NCBI RefSeq assembly: GCF_001194135.2
Contig: NC_068981.1
Span: forward strand, 103,807,468 to 103,871,467
Reading direction: 5' to 3'
DNA: 64,000 bases
From: Octopus bimaculoides
Taxonomy: Eukaryota
Position numbers and translations under genes: made by a program. Below the pieces are notes generated by a model. It saw nothing but the letters and a program-made list of their open reading frames with translations, did no database searches and was not told where the DNA came from. Shown piece by piece: positions 38,045 through 50,962 of this stretch (positions are counted from its first letter, which is position 1; every line of letters begins with the position of its first letter).

Positions 38045-39121
38045 CAGCAGCATCATCAATATCATTTAACTTCCATTTTCCGTGCTGGTATGGGTCAGAT
38101 GGCTTGAGAGAAGCTAACAAAGCCAGGATCCACACCATATTCTATAATCTGTTATTGTCTTGGGTTCTACAGCTAGATTCTCTTCTTAACACTAGCCACT
38201 TTACAAAGTGCACTAGATAATTTTTCTGTGGCACCAGGACCAGTGCTTTTTCTGTGGCACCAGCACCAGTGCTTTTAACGTGACACCAGCACCAGTGCTT
38301 TCAACATGGGACCAGCACTTTCTCCATGGTACCAGCACCAGTGCTTTTTATGTGACACTAACACCAGTGCCTTTTACATGACATCTTGGTTTTTGGCTAT
38401 CAGTTCTGTTGTAACTGGTGGATCTTCTTGAGTACGGCAATGTACCACATATCTCAGTCCTTTGTTATCTCCTTTGTAAATCCCAGCATTTTAAGATCAG
38501 CCTTCAATACTTTGTCTCATGTCTTCCGGGGTCTCACCCTTCCACAGTTTGTCTCCACTTTGAGTGATCAGCAACTCTTTATGCAGTTGTCTTCATCCTT
38601 CTGCATCACATGACCAAACCAGTGCAGTCTTCTCTCTTGCACACTGCTTCTAATTCCTCATATGCCTAACTTTTCTTTCAATGCACATGTACACTGGCAT
38701 TGCACATCCAGTAAAACATACCAGCTTCATTCTTCTCTAGTCTTTGCATGTCCTATTCAAAGCCTATGTCTCACTACCATGTAGCATGGCAGTTTGTATA
38801 CTTATATCATACAATCAGTGAGAGAGAGACCTTTGCTTGCCAACAGAGGTAAGAGCTCTCTGAAATTTTTCCATCCTATTCTTATTCTAGCAATTACACT
38901 TTCAGTGCATCCTCCTCCACTGCTAATTAGGTCACCTAGGTAGCAGAAATTATCTACTACTTCCTGAGAGCCTCTGGGACATTTGAGAAAATCGGTTTCC
39001 CATGCATCTGTTGTCTTTATGGCTCCGGTACATCTTCCACACACAAACGCTACTTTCTCTGTTAACCTTCCTACAATTCCACTGCACCTCTTGTGTGTCA
39101 ATAGTTTGCACTGGGTGCAAG

Positions 39122-39122
<1 letters not shown>
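38045..39122 (-). mobile_element. RTE-clade LINE 3' fragment, decayed
   Basis: ACTQCKLLTHKRCSGIVGRL...FVCGRC and VVDNFCYLGDLISSGGGCTESVIARIRIGWKNFRELLPLLASKGLSL, then a 3' UTR with a ~26-nt minisatellite and a (GAT)-like tail. Confidence 0.8.
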
Positions 39123-39168
<46 letters not shown>

Positions 39169-39909
39169 TGTGTCTGTCTGTTTTTATATATATATACACA
39201 TGCACATATATAATACAAACACTAATATTCAAACATAGAAATAGGTAAACAAACAAATATGTAATTACACTAACATGTGGACACACTAACACGGTACATT
39301 AACATACGTTCTAATGCAAATACATTAACATTAATGCATTAACACATGGGCACTAACACTAACATAAACAAACACTGACACACACTAACACATGCTCTCT
39401 GACTTTTTAATGTATACATATTCAAACTCACATATACATCCAAATGCATACATGTATATTTGAAGATGCACACATACATTCCATCGTGTAAAATGGATAC
39501 AAACACTGACCACATACTACTATATTCACATGCAGAGACATAATGACACAAATGCATGCTTTGACACAAATACATATATACAAACACACATACACACAGA
39601 TAAACAGAGGCTTTGACACAAACATTTATATACAAACAAGCGCAAATACACACATACTAACAAACACATATACACATGTACACTAAAGAACACACACAAA
39701 CACATACAAACTAACAGATGCTTTGACACAAATGCATACATACAAACAAGCACATGCATATACACAAACAAAATATGCTTTGACGCAGACATACAGGGAA
39801 ACAAGCACAAACACACACATGCTAACTAACACAGTCATGTACACATACACACACTAAAGAACAGATATAGTCTAACAGATGCTTTGACACAAGCATATAC
39901 ATACTTGTT

Positions 39910-40282
39910 AGGCACAGGCATGGCTGAGTGGTAATAAACTTGCTTCCCAACCACATGATTCTGGGTTCAGTCCCACTGCATGGCACTTTGGACAAGTGAC
40001 TTCTACTATAGCCTCAGGCTGACCAAGCTTTCTGAGTGGATTTGGTAGGCAGAGACTGAAAGAAGTCTGTTGTGTATATATGTGTTTATATATATGTGTG
40101 TGTGTGTATGTCTGTGTTTGTCACCCCCACCATCACTTGACAGCCGATGTTGGTGTGTTACCTAGCAGTTCAGCAAAATAGACTGATAAAATAAGTACTA
40201 CGCTTACAAAGAATAAGTCCTGGGGGTGATTTCTTTGACTATAACCCTTTAAGGCAGTGATCCAGCATGGCCGCAGTCACAT
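39910..40282 (+). mobile_element. SINE family A copy
   Basis: ggcacaggcatggctgagtggtaa...cagcatggccgcagtcacatgagtgaaac. Confidence 0.8.
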
Positions 40283-40799
40283 GAGTGAAACAAGTGAGAA
40301 TATATATATATAAATGGATGTGTGTGTATATATATATACATACACTCATGATAAAACAGACACATAGAGCCCAGTGTAGCTCTTTCCAGCTTGCCAACTC
40401 CTGATGAACCATCCAATCTATACCTGAAGGGAGAAAACAGACATTAAATGTTGATGATGATGATATGTGTGTGTGTATATATATATTTCGTTTTCCTGTC
40501 TTGTTTTCCGTCCGCCACTACCCTCTGCGAAAACAATTTGATTTGTGTTCGTGGGAAGAACCATTTTAACGATGCGTACTGCCTTAATACTTCGAAACGC
40601 CGGAGTTTTAATGGTGGCAGCTGATGAAGGGGATGTTTCTATGTGGCCTGCTTGTTTGTTGCACCTTGTTTACCATTTTTGTCCTTGTTCTTTTGCCACG
40701 TCATGTACCCAGTTATGTATCTATATGTACATGTGGATGAACGTATATACATACATGTACATATATATGCATATACTCATATATTGTTTATATATATAC

Positions 40800-40837
<38 letters not shown>

Positions 40838-40856
40838 ATATACATATGTGTGTGTG

Positions 40857-40916
<60 letters not shown>

Positions 40917-41268
40917 GTATGTAGGTTTAAAAAAGCTTATGTCTGTGTTGTTACTCTTCTTGTGTTAATAACTTAGGATGACAAGAGCAAAAATAATTAA
41001 AATCAAAATGGAAAGTGTGACGACAAAGTCAAAACCTGTAGTTGTTGTTTAGCTCCTCCCTCATCCCTATTCCACCTGAATACCCTAGTCATTCCTGATT
41101 GAGAAGATCTATTATCAGATGTGTTCCAGGCATGACCATCCTGTCTTTCCATCTTCAGATATAGTTAACATAGAATTATATTAGTTGGTGTGTCCTTTCA
41201 AATTTGTTTTTAAAGGTAGTCATAGCGTGGACAATTAAGAAATTTGGTTGCTATTTCTAGTGAACTAA

Positions 41269-41488
41269 CCCTTTAACATTCAGATTATTCTGCCAAATGT
41301 AATACTTATTTATTCACATTTTGTAAAGTTAATTATGTATTATCTTGTAGCTTCCAGATTTTGAAGATGTGATTGTTTATTTTGAGAATGACATTGTAGG
41401 TTGGGTGTGAGAGGTTGGATCTGGCCATTTTCAACTTAAAGCAGATGGAATATTTGGGCCGGATGTGGCTGGTTTAAGTGCTAAAGAG
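41269..41488. mobile_element. piggyBac-type MITE (same family as 21324-21921)
   Basis: ctaa|CCCTTTAACATT ... AGTGCTAAAGAG|TTAA, with the shared internal gatctggcca motif. Confidence 0.7.
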
Positions 41489-41521
41489 TTAAATTACCAA
41501 TGAAAGGTATTTTTAACCACA

Positions 41522-41910
41522 GCTTTTACTAGTTTCAGTTATTTTACTATGGTCATGCTGGGGCATCACCTTGAAGGGCTTTAGTTGAAAAAAATCAATC
41601 CCAGAACTTATACTGATACTTATCCTATTGGTCTCTTTTGCTGAACTGCTAAGTTACAGGATGTAAACACAGCAACAACGGTTGTCAAGTAGTGGGGAGG
41701 GACACAGACATAAAGACACACACACACACACATAGATATATACATATGTATACAATGAGCTTCTTTCAGTTTCTGTCTACCAAATCTACTCACAAGGCTT
41801 CAGTGAGGTCGAGGCCATGGTAGAAGACACTTGCCCAAGGTGTCACGCAGTGAGACTGAACACGGAACCATGTGGTTAGGAAGCAAGGTTCTTACCACAC
41901 AGCCACATTT
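41522..41910 (-). mobile_element. SINE family A copy
   Basis: Reverse complement of the family A consensus. Confidence 0.75.
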
Positions 41911-43652
41911 GTGCCTGTTCACATCCCTTTTTTTTCTTCTTTTCAATGACCGTGTATCAGGAACCTTCACAAGCAAACTGCAGCTTGCAGGAGTTACTGA
42001 ATGGCAAAAAAATTATCTTGAATGTTTTTTTAGCTGTTGATAAGCCATGTCTCATGCTGCTCACNNNNNNNNNNNNNNNNNNNNNNNNNNNNNNNNNNNN
42101 NNNNNNNNNNNNNNNNNNNNNNNNNNNNNNNNNNNNNNNNNNNNNNNNNNNNNNNNNNNNNNNNNNNNNNNNNNNNNNNNNNNNNNNNNNNNNNNNNNNN
42201 NNNNNNNNNNNNNNNNNNNNNNNNNNNNNNNNNNNNNNNNNNNNNNNNNNNNNNNNNNNNNNNNNNNNNNNNNNNNNNNNNNNNNNNNNNNNNNNNNNNN
42301 NNNNNNNNNNNNNNNNNNNNNNNNNNNNNNNNNNNNNNNNNNNNNNNNNNNNNNNNNNNNNNNNNNNNNNNNNNNNNNNNNNNNNNNNNNNNNNNNNNNN
42401 NNNNNNNNGTTGTCAAGCATTGGTGGGAGACACACATATATATAGACAAAGAGATATGTGCGTTGATCAAAGGATTTTACCAATCCACCACATTTATAAG
42501 AATTTCTTATATAGACACAAGGTTAAAAATTTTATGGGGAGGAGCTAGTAGTCAAATCAATCATGATACTTGAATGAGGCTTCATTTTTTTTTAAATTTC
42601 ATCAATTGGATCCTGGGTATGACTTTAAACTGCATTCAATAGTAGAGCCCTGGTTTAGAAGTTCCAGGATTTTGAGAAGTGTGGGACCACCCCTTAGCCA
42701 CTATTGATCCCAGGTGTACCCTGACCTGGTGTAGTAGCACCTGTGAAGGTCCCAGTTATGGGTTAATTAGCATATTGGGGCTTGCCTGCCTATGCATTTG
42801 AAGACGGATCTGGCAGACTTTGCAAAAGCAACAGAGGGGAAGGCAGCCACAGCAGTGCATTGTGGTGTGTAGAGAGGTTGAGTCAGATGAGGCAAGTAGG
42901 ACACCTTGGTCGTCCACTGCAGTCATTTCCATCTCCAGTTGTTTTGACCTGGTCTTGCAGCTGGATTGATGATGGTTACAGATGAGAAAGAGTGTGGTCG
43001 GTGGTACACAACTCTTCTTCACTTTAAATAAAGACGAGCCATTAGTCATTGTTTGGATGACTAGATGATCCTTGTCACTCCAAGAGACACACATGATTTT
43101 ACCAATCTCAGAATGATCAAAGCAAAGATGGCTCTGGCAGAATTTGAACACAGAATTTAAAGATTTAAAAGAAATACTGTATATGATCCATGATCATCCA
43201 ATGTCTAATAAATTCTTTATTTAAGATAGTCATGTGTGATTTGTGAGTGATTTGGTTGCTATTTCTAACAAACTGAATACCCACAGTGAAGTTTCCTCAT
43301 TGACTTTGGGAAGGAATGTGTGTGCATTTGTGCTTATGGTGGATATTCTTTATGGAATTGTTCTTCTGAGACATGTCTCAGCTATTTCCAAACGCTTTGT
43401 TTCTGTGTTTCTTTGTTACAATGACTGCTGAGGTTAATCTCTTTTTGTTGGAAGTCATCAATCACTTAAGACCAGGGCTGGTGGGTGGCATTAATCCACC
43501 CACCTGTTTCAAAAGTGAACAACAATACTTTGCAGCAAGATGCTACTTTTTTTTTCCTATTCTTTCTCCTCTAACTTCCCATTATCACATCACACCAGCC
43601 AGGAGTAAGGTGAGAAAAAACAAAACAAAAAACAAAAGAAACAATAATGACG

Positions 43653-43701
<49 letters not shown>

Positions 43702-43710
43702 TAATATAAT
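43653..43710. repeat. (AAT)n microsatellite
   Basis: Read directly from the sequence. Confidence 0.97.
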
Positions 43711-44290
43711 AACAACAACAGAACAAGATAAAAAGGTTTAAAGAAACAAGAAAGGAGAACACTTTTAGTCCTCCATTCTTTCATTCATTATCTGTTTGTT
43801 TTTGTTTAATTTATTTTATTATTATTTTTTTTATAAGTGCTGGCTGCTTGCTTACAAGTTAAACATGTTTGAAAGACAAACAAAGAAGGTACATATAAAC
43901 GCAGGGAGAAAAAAACAGCTACCCTTTCTTTCTCCTATTTTTCAATTGTTAGATGAGTGTGTATAAAAGGGGTTTCAAAAAACAAAAATAATGAAATAAT
44001 AAAAACTAGAAAATTTTTAAAATTTCATTCAGGTTTAACTGCTCAGAAAGAGAAAATAGTTTGTGAAGTAGAAAAGGAAGAAAGTTGTTGTTGTTGTTAT
44101 TATTCATTGTTTAGCCCCAGGTCAAACCTGTGAGAACAGAACTACCATATTTCCTGGTGTCGAGCATGCTCCAGATTTTCTTCATAACCTATTTTGAACT
44201 CCTGAAGAGTGTTGTTATATCTGTTCTAAACTTAACATGTTTCATTTCTACAGATGTAATAGACAAAATGCAGACTATAAGGAATCAGCA

Positions 44291-44324
<34 letters not shown>

Positions 44325-44325
<1 letters not shown>

Positions 44326-44955
44326 CATCATCATCATTATCATCGTTTAATGTCCATTTTTCCATGCTGGCATGGGTTGGATGGTTTGACTGAGGTCTGG
44401 AGAGCCAGCGGCTGTACCAGGCTTCAATCTGATCTGGCAATGTTTCTACAGCTGGATGCCCTTCCTAACTCCAAACACTCCGAGAGTGTAGTGGGTACTT
44501 TTTACATGCCACTGGCACAGGAACCAGTCAGGTGGGCCTGGCATCAATCGCGTTCAGATAGTGCTTTTTACATGCCAGCAGCACAGGAGCTAGTCAGGGA
44601 GTACTGGCATGGGCCACATTTGGATGGTGCTTTTTACGTGCCACCAGCATGGGAGCCAGTCAGACGAACCTGGCATTGACCATGTTTGGATGCTGCTTTT
44701 TATTTGCTACCGGCATGGGAGTTAGTCAGGGGGCACTGGCCACAGCTACAATTTTGGGTTTACTTGACACAGCAGGTCTTCTCAAGCATATCATATCACC
44801 CAACGCATCAAGGGTATTCTTAAATGGGCCAGACATGCAACACTGGCATTGGCCATGGCTGCAATCTCACTGTAGTTGCCAGCTCTTCTAAATCACAGCA
44901 TATTTCCAAAGGTCTCAGTCCCCTGTCATTGCCTCAGTGAGGCCCAATGTTACTA
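44325..44955 (-). mobile_element. RTE LINE 3' end (ORF terminus + 3' UTR + (GAT)n tail)
   Basis: TLGLTEAMTGD ORF end plus a UTR matching 54492-54850. Confidence 0.75.
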
Positions 44956-46150
44956 TGCCAATTTGTTTTTTTTGTATGTACCTGTCGTGTGTGTCACACT
45001 TACTCCAAACAAGTGAATGGCAAAGTGAGAAAGAGAAGGACAGAGAGGAAGTAAGAGGGAAAGAGAGAGAGTGAGAGAAAGAGAGAGAGTGAAAGAGACA
45101 GTGAGTGATGACGGGCATTCGTTTTGTGTTTTTAATGTTTATCACATCGCAAAACAAGTAGATACATAGATCGAAAGAAAAGTTGATACATAGATACACA
45201 CATTGCTAAATTAAAAATGGAAGAGAGGAGGGACATAGAGGAAGTGAAAGTGAAAGAGAGAAAGTGAGAGAGATAGTAGACACATAGACCCAAAGAAAAG
45301 TTGATACACAGATACATAGACACATTGTTAAATCAAAGACAAATAACTACAGCAAATATTGGATGTCACTTTCACCTTTCATTACCACACGAGGATAAAT
45401 TTAACTTGCAAGTGGTTGAGTACCTCACAAACAGATATGTATTTTAAGGCTAAATAGTAATTCTGCTTACATTTGCGTAACAGACATTTTGGTTGGATTA
45501 CATAGTTATCAATTTTACACTTCTTTCTATATTCTGTAACTGTCACAATATAGAAGCATTTCTCATGGCACCAACACACAATTTACAGATGCTTACATTT
45601 TTTATGTTTTCTGTGAATTTTTTCACGGGTTCAGCTAGTTATTATTATTATTATTGAGTGAGAGAGCAGAGCTTGCCATAAAAGTGACACTGGGACAAAA
45701 TATACGAAGCCCAATATACCCATCATGACTACCTGTCTGATAAGGGTACACCAAGCACATGCATCATAATCACATGTGCGCAATATGGTGATCTCATATC
45801 AAGATAAACAACACATGACCTTACAGGTGGGGCCCAGTTAGAATTTTTTTCAGGTCAAGTAACACATCCTACTCAAATGGTCCTTGAATAAGGGTTGTTT
45901 AAGGATGTTGAATGAAACACACATGTTTCCAGAGGTAAATTATTCAAACTCCAAAGAATTTCCCTCAACACATGGCTATGATGCTCCCCCACTACTTCTG
46001 CTCATGATCAGAGATACACATATCGTGAACCACCAAGAGACATGCTCAACTGGTTACAGTCAAGCAACTGACAAGCAAATCTGTGGTATTGAGCAGAATA
46101 TTTGCTGTAGCCCATCTTTTTTACCAAGACAAAATAATGTACATGATATC

Positions 46151-46186
<36 letters not shown>

Positions 46187-47150
46187 GAAGGTGGTGAGCT
46201 GAAATAATTAGCATGCTGGGTAAAATATTTAACAGCATTTCATCTATCTTTATGTTTCAAGTTCAAATTCTGCTGAGGTCAACTTTGCTTTTCATCCTTT
46301 TTGGGTCGATAAAATATGTACCAGTTGAGCACTGGGGTTGATGTAATCAATTAGCCCCCTCAGTCCTCAGTCAAATCGTCCAACCCATGCTAGCATGGAA
46401 AGCGGACGTTAAACGACGATGACGATGATGATGATATCACAGGTGTTCATTGATGAATTGACTAAGTCATTAGAGGGTTGGATAGCATGCTTTGCAGTAT
46501 TCATTACAGCTCTTTGTATTCTGAGTTCAAATCATGCTAAGGTCACTATGTCTTTCATCCATCATGGATCCATAAAATACCAGTCAAATATGAGGATTGA
46601 TTCTTCTCTCTGTCTCCTTTCCCTCTTTTTCTGAATTGGTCACGTTGTGTTAGGAGAAGGGTCGTGAGAGACCAATCACAGGGCTCCTTTCTTCAGAAAT
46701 GGACAAAGTTTGTATGACACTTTAGCAACCACTTCACATAGAAAAGCTAATATTCTATGAGAATCTTAACAAAAACAGTCTGATGGAGCACAGCACTGAT
46801 TGGTAACAAGAATCTACTGAAGGGTCGCACTAATATCTACAAGATAAACTTTTATATGTGCATGTTCTGTTTAAGTCAATTAAAAAGAAACTAGAAATAG
46901 CTACCAAAAATAATATGAACTAGCAGACCAACTACCTCTGTTTAAAGTGAATTCAATATTTTGATTAGCTCATTGATAAGTGGCATTTCTTTTTTTCTTT
47001 GTTTCTTCCTTTTCTTTTTATGAAAAAATGTAATCTTACTTCAGAAAAATTAATTCAGAGGAAGCAGAAATTTCTAAATCTTTGCATTTTTTCCCCTTCT
47101 TTTTGTTTTTCCTGAAGTAATATTTCACTGTTTTTCTTTTCTTTTTTCAG

Positions 47151-47243
47151 ATATGTTTTTGGAAACATATATTTTTTGACCACTGGTTTTTTACCAGCTG
47201 CCTCAGCTGCTTTACTTAGTATTTGTTTAGAAAGAAAATCCAG
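47151..47243 (+). CDS. TMEM135: Next internal coding exon of the TMEM135-like gene, equivalent to vertebrate exon 3
   Basis: Acceptor tttttcttttcttttttcag|, donor |gtattt, 93 nt. It is phase-2 compatible with the upstream exon (junction codon CG|A = Arg). It translates as (R)YVFGNIYFLTTGFLPAASAALLSICLERKS(R), matching recalled human [31 protein letters not shown]. Confidence 0.9.
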
Positions 47244-48204
47244 GTATTTCATTTATTATTATCACTATTCATCATCATCAGCATCATCCTCATCATCATC
47301 GTTTAATGTCCACTTTCCATGCTGGCATGGGTTGGATGGTTTAACTGGAGTTGGTTACGCAGAGGATTGCACCAGACTTCTGTGTCTATTTTGACATAGT
47401 TTTTTATAGTTGGACTCGCTTCCTAACAACAACCACCCTGTAGAGTGAACTGAGTGCTTTTTCTATGGCACCATCATGGATGAGGTCAGTTTTGGTCTAG
47501 TTTTTACAGCTGAATGCCTTCCCAAACACCAACAACTTTACAGTGTGGACTGGATGCTTTGTACATGGCACTAGCAGGGACACCAAGTAACTTGCAAGAC
47601 AAAGATTCTTTAATAGGGAAGGGGAGAATTGGAGGAGGGGATCTCGTGCCAGATGAGAAAGGTGATGAGTGTGACAGAGAGACAGATACGGATGTCTTGC
47701 TGTGGAGGAGGTACATGGTTACTTGGCTAGAAAGAGAAAGAGAGAGAGAGAGAATGAAACTATTATTATTACTATTATTGATATCCTGAAACCACATAAA
47801 AGGTATTGGTGTGAGTGCTGATGCCATGTAAAAAAACACTGGTGATAGTACCACATAAAAAGCGCCCATTATACTTTCTAAAGTGGTTGACGTAAAGAAG
47901 AGTATCCAGTTGTAGAAACTAAGCCAAAACAGACTATGGAACATAGTGTGACCACTGGCCTTCCCAGTTCCTGTTCAGTTGTCTGACCCATGCCAGCCTG
48001 GAATACAGATGTTATATATTGATGATGATAATGATGATGATTGATGTTGTTCTTGCTGTCTCCTGAATGTTGCTTTACTGTCTTTCTTTGGCCAGGAAAG
48101 CAGGTAGCTTTCCTCTGACCAGTAGCTATGGTGAAAGAGGTTGTGCAGTGGATACAACTGAAAGGACTGAAGACACACTTTCCTCTTCAGCCAAGACCTC
48201 AACA

Positions 48205-48589
48205 TTTACTCTTTTACTCTTTTACTTGTTTCAGTCATTTGACTGCGGCCATGCTGGAGCACCGCCTTTTAGTCGAGCAAATCGACCCCAGGACTTATTC
48301 TTTGTAAGCCTAGTACTTATTCTATCGGTCTCTTTTGCCGAACCGCTAAGTTACGGGGACGTAAACACACCAGCATCGGTTGTCAAGCGATGGTGGGGGG
48401 ACAAACACAGACACACAAACATGCACACACACACACACACACACATATATACATATATACGACGGGCTTCTTTCAGTTTCCGTCTGCCAAATCCACTCAC
48501 AAGGCATTGGTCGGCCCGAGGCTATAGTAGAAGACAGTTGTCCAAGGTGCCACGCAGTGGGACTGAACCTGGAACCATGTGGTTGGTAA
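48205..48589 (-). mobile_element. SINE family A copy, least decayed, head slightly truncated
   Basis: The + strand reads (ttttactc)n tail, then ttgtttcagtcatttgactgcggccatgctggagcaccgc... through to ggaaccatgtggttggtaa. Confidence 0.85.
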
Positions 48590-49630
48590 AAAATTTTATT
48601 CATAAAGGAAGGTGAGGATTGAGAGGAAGGTGCTGTCTTCCAGTAAATTTGTTGAAAGGTGGATGAATATGATGAGGATGGCGTAAGTAAGTAGGCCTAC
48701 TCTAAGCTGGCGTCTGTCAGCTGAAGAGGACATCTGATGAGAGGGTAGCATAGGAATTGTGGAATTCCTTGGTTTCCTCTGGGAGATGTTTCCTCTCCAT
48801 TGGGGAATTTTGTTGTTAAAATATTTTTCTTAATTATTATTGTTTTTTTTTTAATTGTCTATACATGTTTATATAAATTCCCACTGTACTTTATTCTAGA
48901 TGATTTTTGTGGCTCTTGTAGCTAAGAAAGAAACTATTATTGTTGTCTGTGACATCATTATTTATGGTAAATGGACATGTGTAACACAATTCTGGGGATT
49001 TGATTTACTGCATTTGATAAGTTATATGAAACAGAAGTTTTCTCTCTCTCTCTCATTCTCTTTTCCACTCTCTTTCTCCCTCCCCTTCTCTCTTTGTTTC
49101 ATTTATAATGGCTAAGTGCCCACCTCATTATCTTGGAGTAGAAAAAGAACAAAGTTTGTTGTTGGACATTATTTTTATATTTGGTAGTTTAGTAAATGCA
49201 GTGCATTCATTATTTCTAATGGCTTTTTTTCTGTGGATGAAAGATTTAGAAGTGCTGGCCACAAATGTGGTACCAATGGATACATTTTCAAGAATTGCAA
49301 AACAAAAAAAAAAACAAATAAGTGAAAATTTTATGAGCAAAAACAGATTTAAAAAATAAGGATGGTTGCACAGACAGACAGATTTGTTAATACAGGCAGT
49401 AACATTTTAACAAGTCCAAGTGGAAAAAATTGTAAGTGAAAACAAACAGCAATTACAGAAACTCACTGTTTGTGAGTATTGATTACCAACCAAAATGAAA
49501 TATTATGCTTGGCTCAGCTCTTGAAAAAAAAGAAAAAACACGGTAGAGGTGTATCACAAAAGCTTGTGCCTCCTTGCCTGATGATTTCATCAAGGAAAGC
49601 AACATACCTGTTTTCCAAAAACAGATTAGG

Positions 49631-50228
49631 CTTCCACATGTCCTTAAAGGAGCAGTTTGAGAATATATGCCCTAAACCAGGGGTTTTCAAACTGTGGTCC
49701 GCAAGGACAAGACAGGGGCNNNNNNNNNNNNNNNNNNNNNNNNNNNNNNNNNNNNNNNNNNNNNNNNNNNNNNNNNNNNNNNNNNNNNNNNNNNNNNNNN
49801 NNNNNNNNNNNNNNNNNNNNNNNNNNNNNNNNNNNNNNNNNNNNNNNNNNNNNNGGCTTCCACATGTCCTTAAAGGAGCAGTTTGAGAATATATGCCCTA
49901 AACCAGGGGTTTTCAAACTGTGGTCCGCAAGGACAAGACAGGGGCTCCATAGACAGCAAATACTTTTCATGGGCAATTTGATTCTAAATAAATGTAAAAA
50001 TATGTGTTATTTTAAGCAAATATTTATTTATAAATTTCATAAGCTTCCACATGTCCTTAAAGGAGCAGTTTGAGAATATATGCCCTAAACCAGGGGTTTT
50101 CAAACTGTGGTCCGCAAGGACAAGACAGGGGGTCCATAGACAGCAAATACTTTTTATGGGCAATTTGGTTCTAAATAAATGTAAAAATGTGTTATTTTAA
50201 GCAAATATTTATTTATAAATTTCATAAG
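49631..50228. repeat. 187-bp tandem duplication of flank plus left part of the hAT MITE, spanning an N-gap
   Basis: The unit starting cttccacatgtcc recurs at 49631, 49857 and 50044. Confidence 0.85.
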
Positions 50229-50303
50229 CGTTTATAAGGGGGTCCCTAAAGTAAAGCCTGAAATATAAAGGGGTCCGCAAGTCAAAAAGTTTGAAAACCC
50301 CTG
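50091..50303. mobile_element. hAT (Charlie/Buster-type) MITE, complete
   Basis: Perfect 16-bp TIRs CAGGGGTTTTCAAACT / AGTTTGAAAACCCCTG and a perfect 8-bp TSD CCCTAAAC (50083-50090 and 50304-50311). Confidence 0.9.
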
Positions 50304-50962
50304 CCCTAAACAATTGACTTGGATAGGATGTATGGAAGAGTGTGATTGGTTTTTAATACTAAAGACAAGGTAAACAAACAAGTATAGAAAAAGCACTACA
50401 CACCTGATTACAGACTGGTACTGTTGTATATGGGGAAACAAAATGTGGGCTATGGCTAGCAACATTGGTTTGGATGTTACTCTTTAGCTCATCATTGCCT
50501 TTGTAGTACAGTATGAACCATCGATAAAGCTCAGAAGGAACATGCAACATGTGCTTGGACAAAGTTTACATAGACATGCAGTCATAATAAAAACATTCCC
50601 CCCTCCCCCCCACACACACACATACACACTGAAGACCACAAGGCTATCTTGGTGTTGTATCCTATTGAGGGTGTCAAGAAGAAGGCAATTAGACTGGTGG
50701 TGCAAATAATAAGCCTGTAGGAGCAAGAGTCACTTGAGGGCTTTCTGCAGAGAAGCAGAAGACGAAAGAAGGCAGCGGACCACAGCAAGCCTTGAGGCTG
50801 AAAACCATAGTTGTGTTACTGGTTGTAACTCTATATCATTGTGGATGCCTTGTTTTTAGTGTTATAAACACTTTGGGGCTGTTGAAAAAGGTAGATCATC
50901 AAGAAGCTATGGTATTTTTACCTGCAAGAACTGGCCAAAACTAGTGATGTGCATGTGATCAA

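Larger units (their letters stand above)
22315..47150 (+). other. TMEM135: 24.8-kb GT-AG intron of the TMEM135-like gene
   Basis: Starts gtaagt and ends ttttcag between two phase-compatible exons whose peptides are contiguous in the recalled homolog. Confidence 0.85.

Noticed and set aside
47055-47252. Minus-strand 65-aa ORF MKYLDFLSKQILSKAAEAAGKK...
   Set aside because: It is the antisense shadow of the TMEM135 exon and its polypyrimidine tract.
50650-50790. Possible CR1/L2 C-terminal remnant (EGVKKKAIRLV...SLE)
   Set aside because: Too short and degenerate to call by eye.
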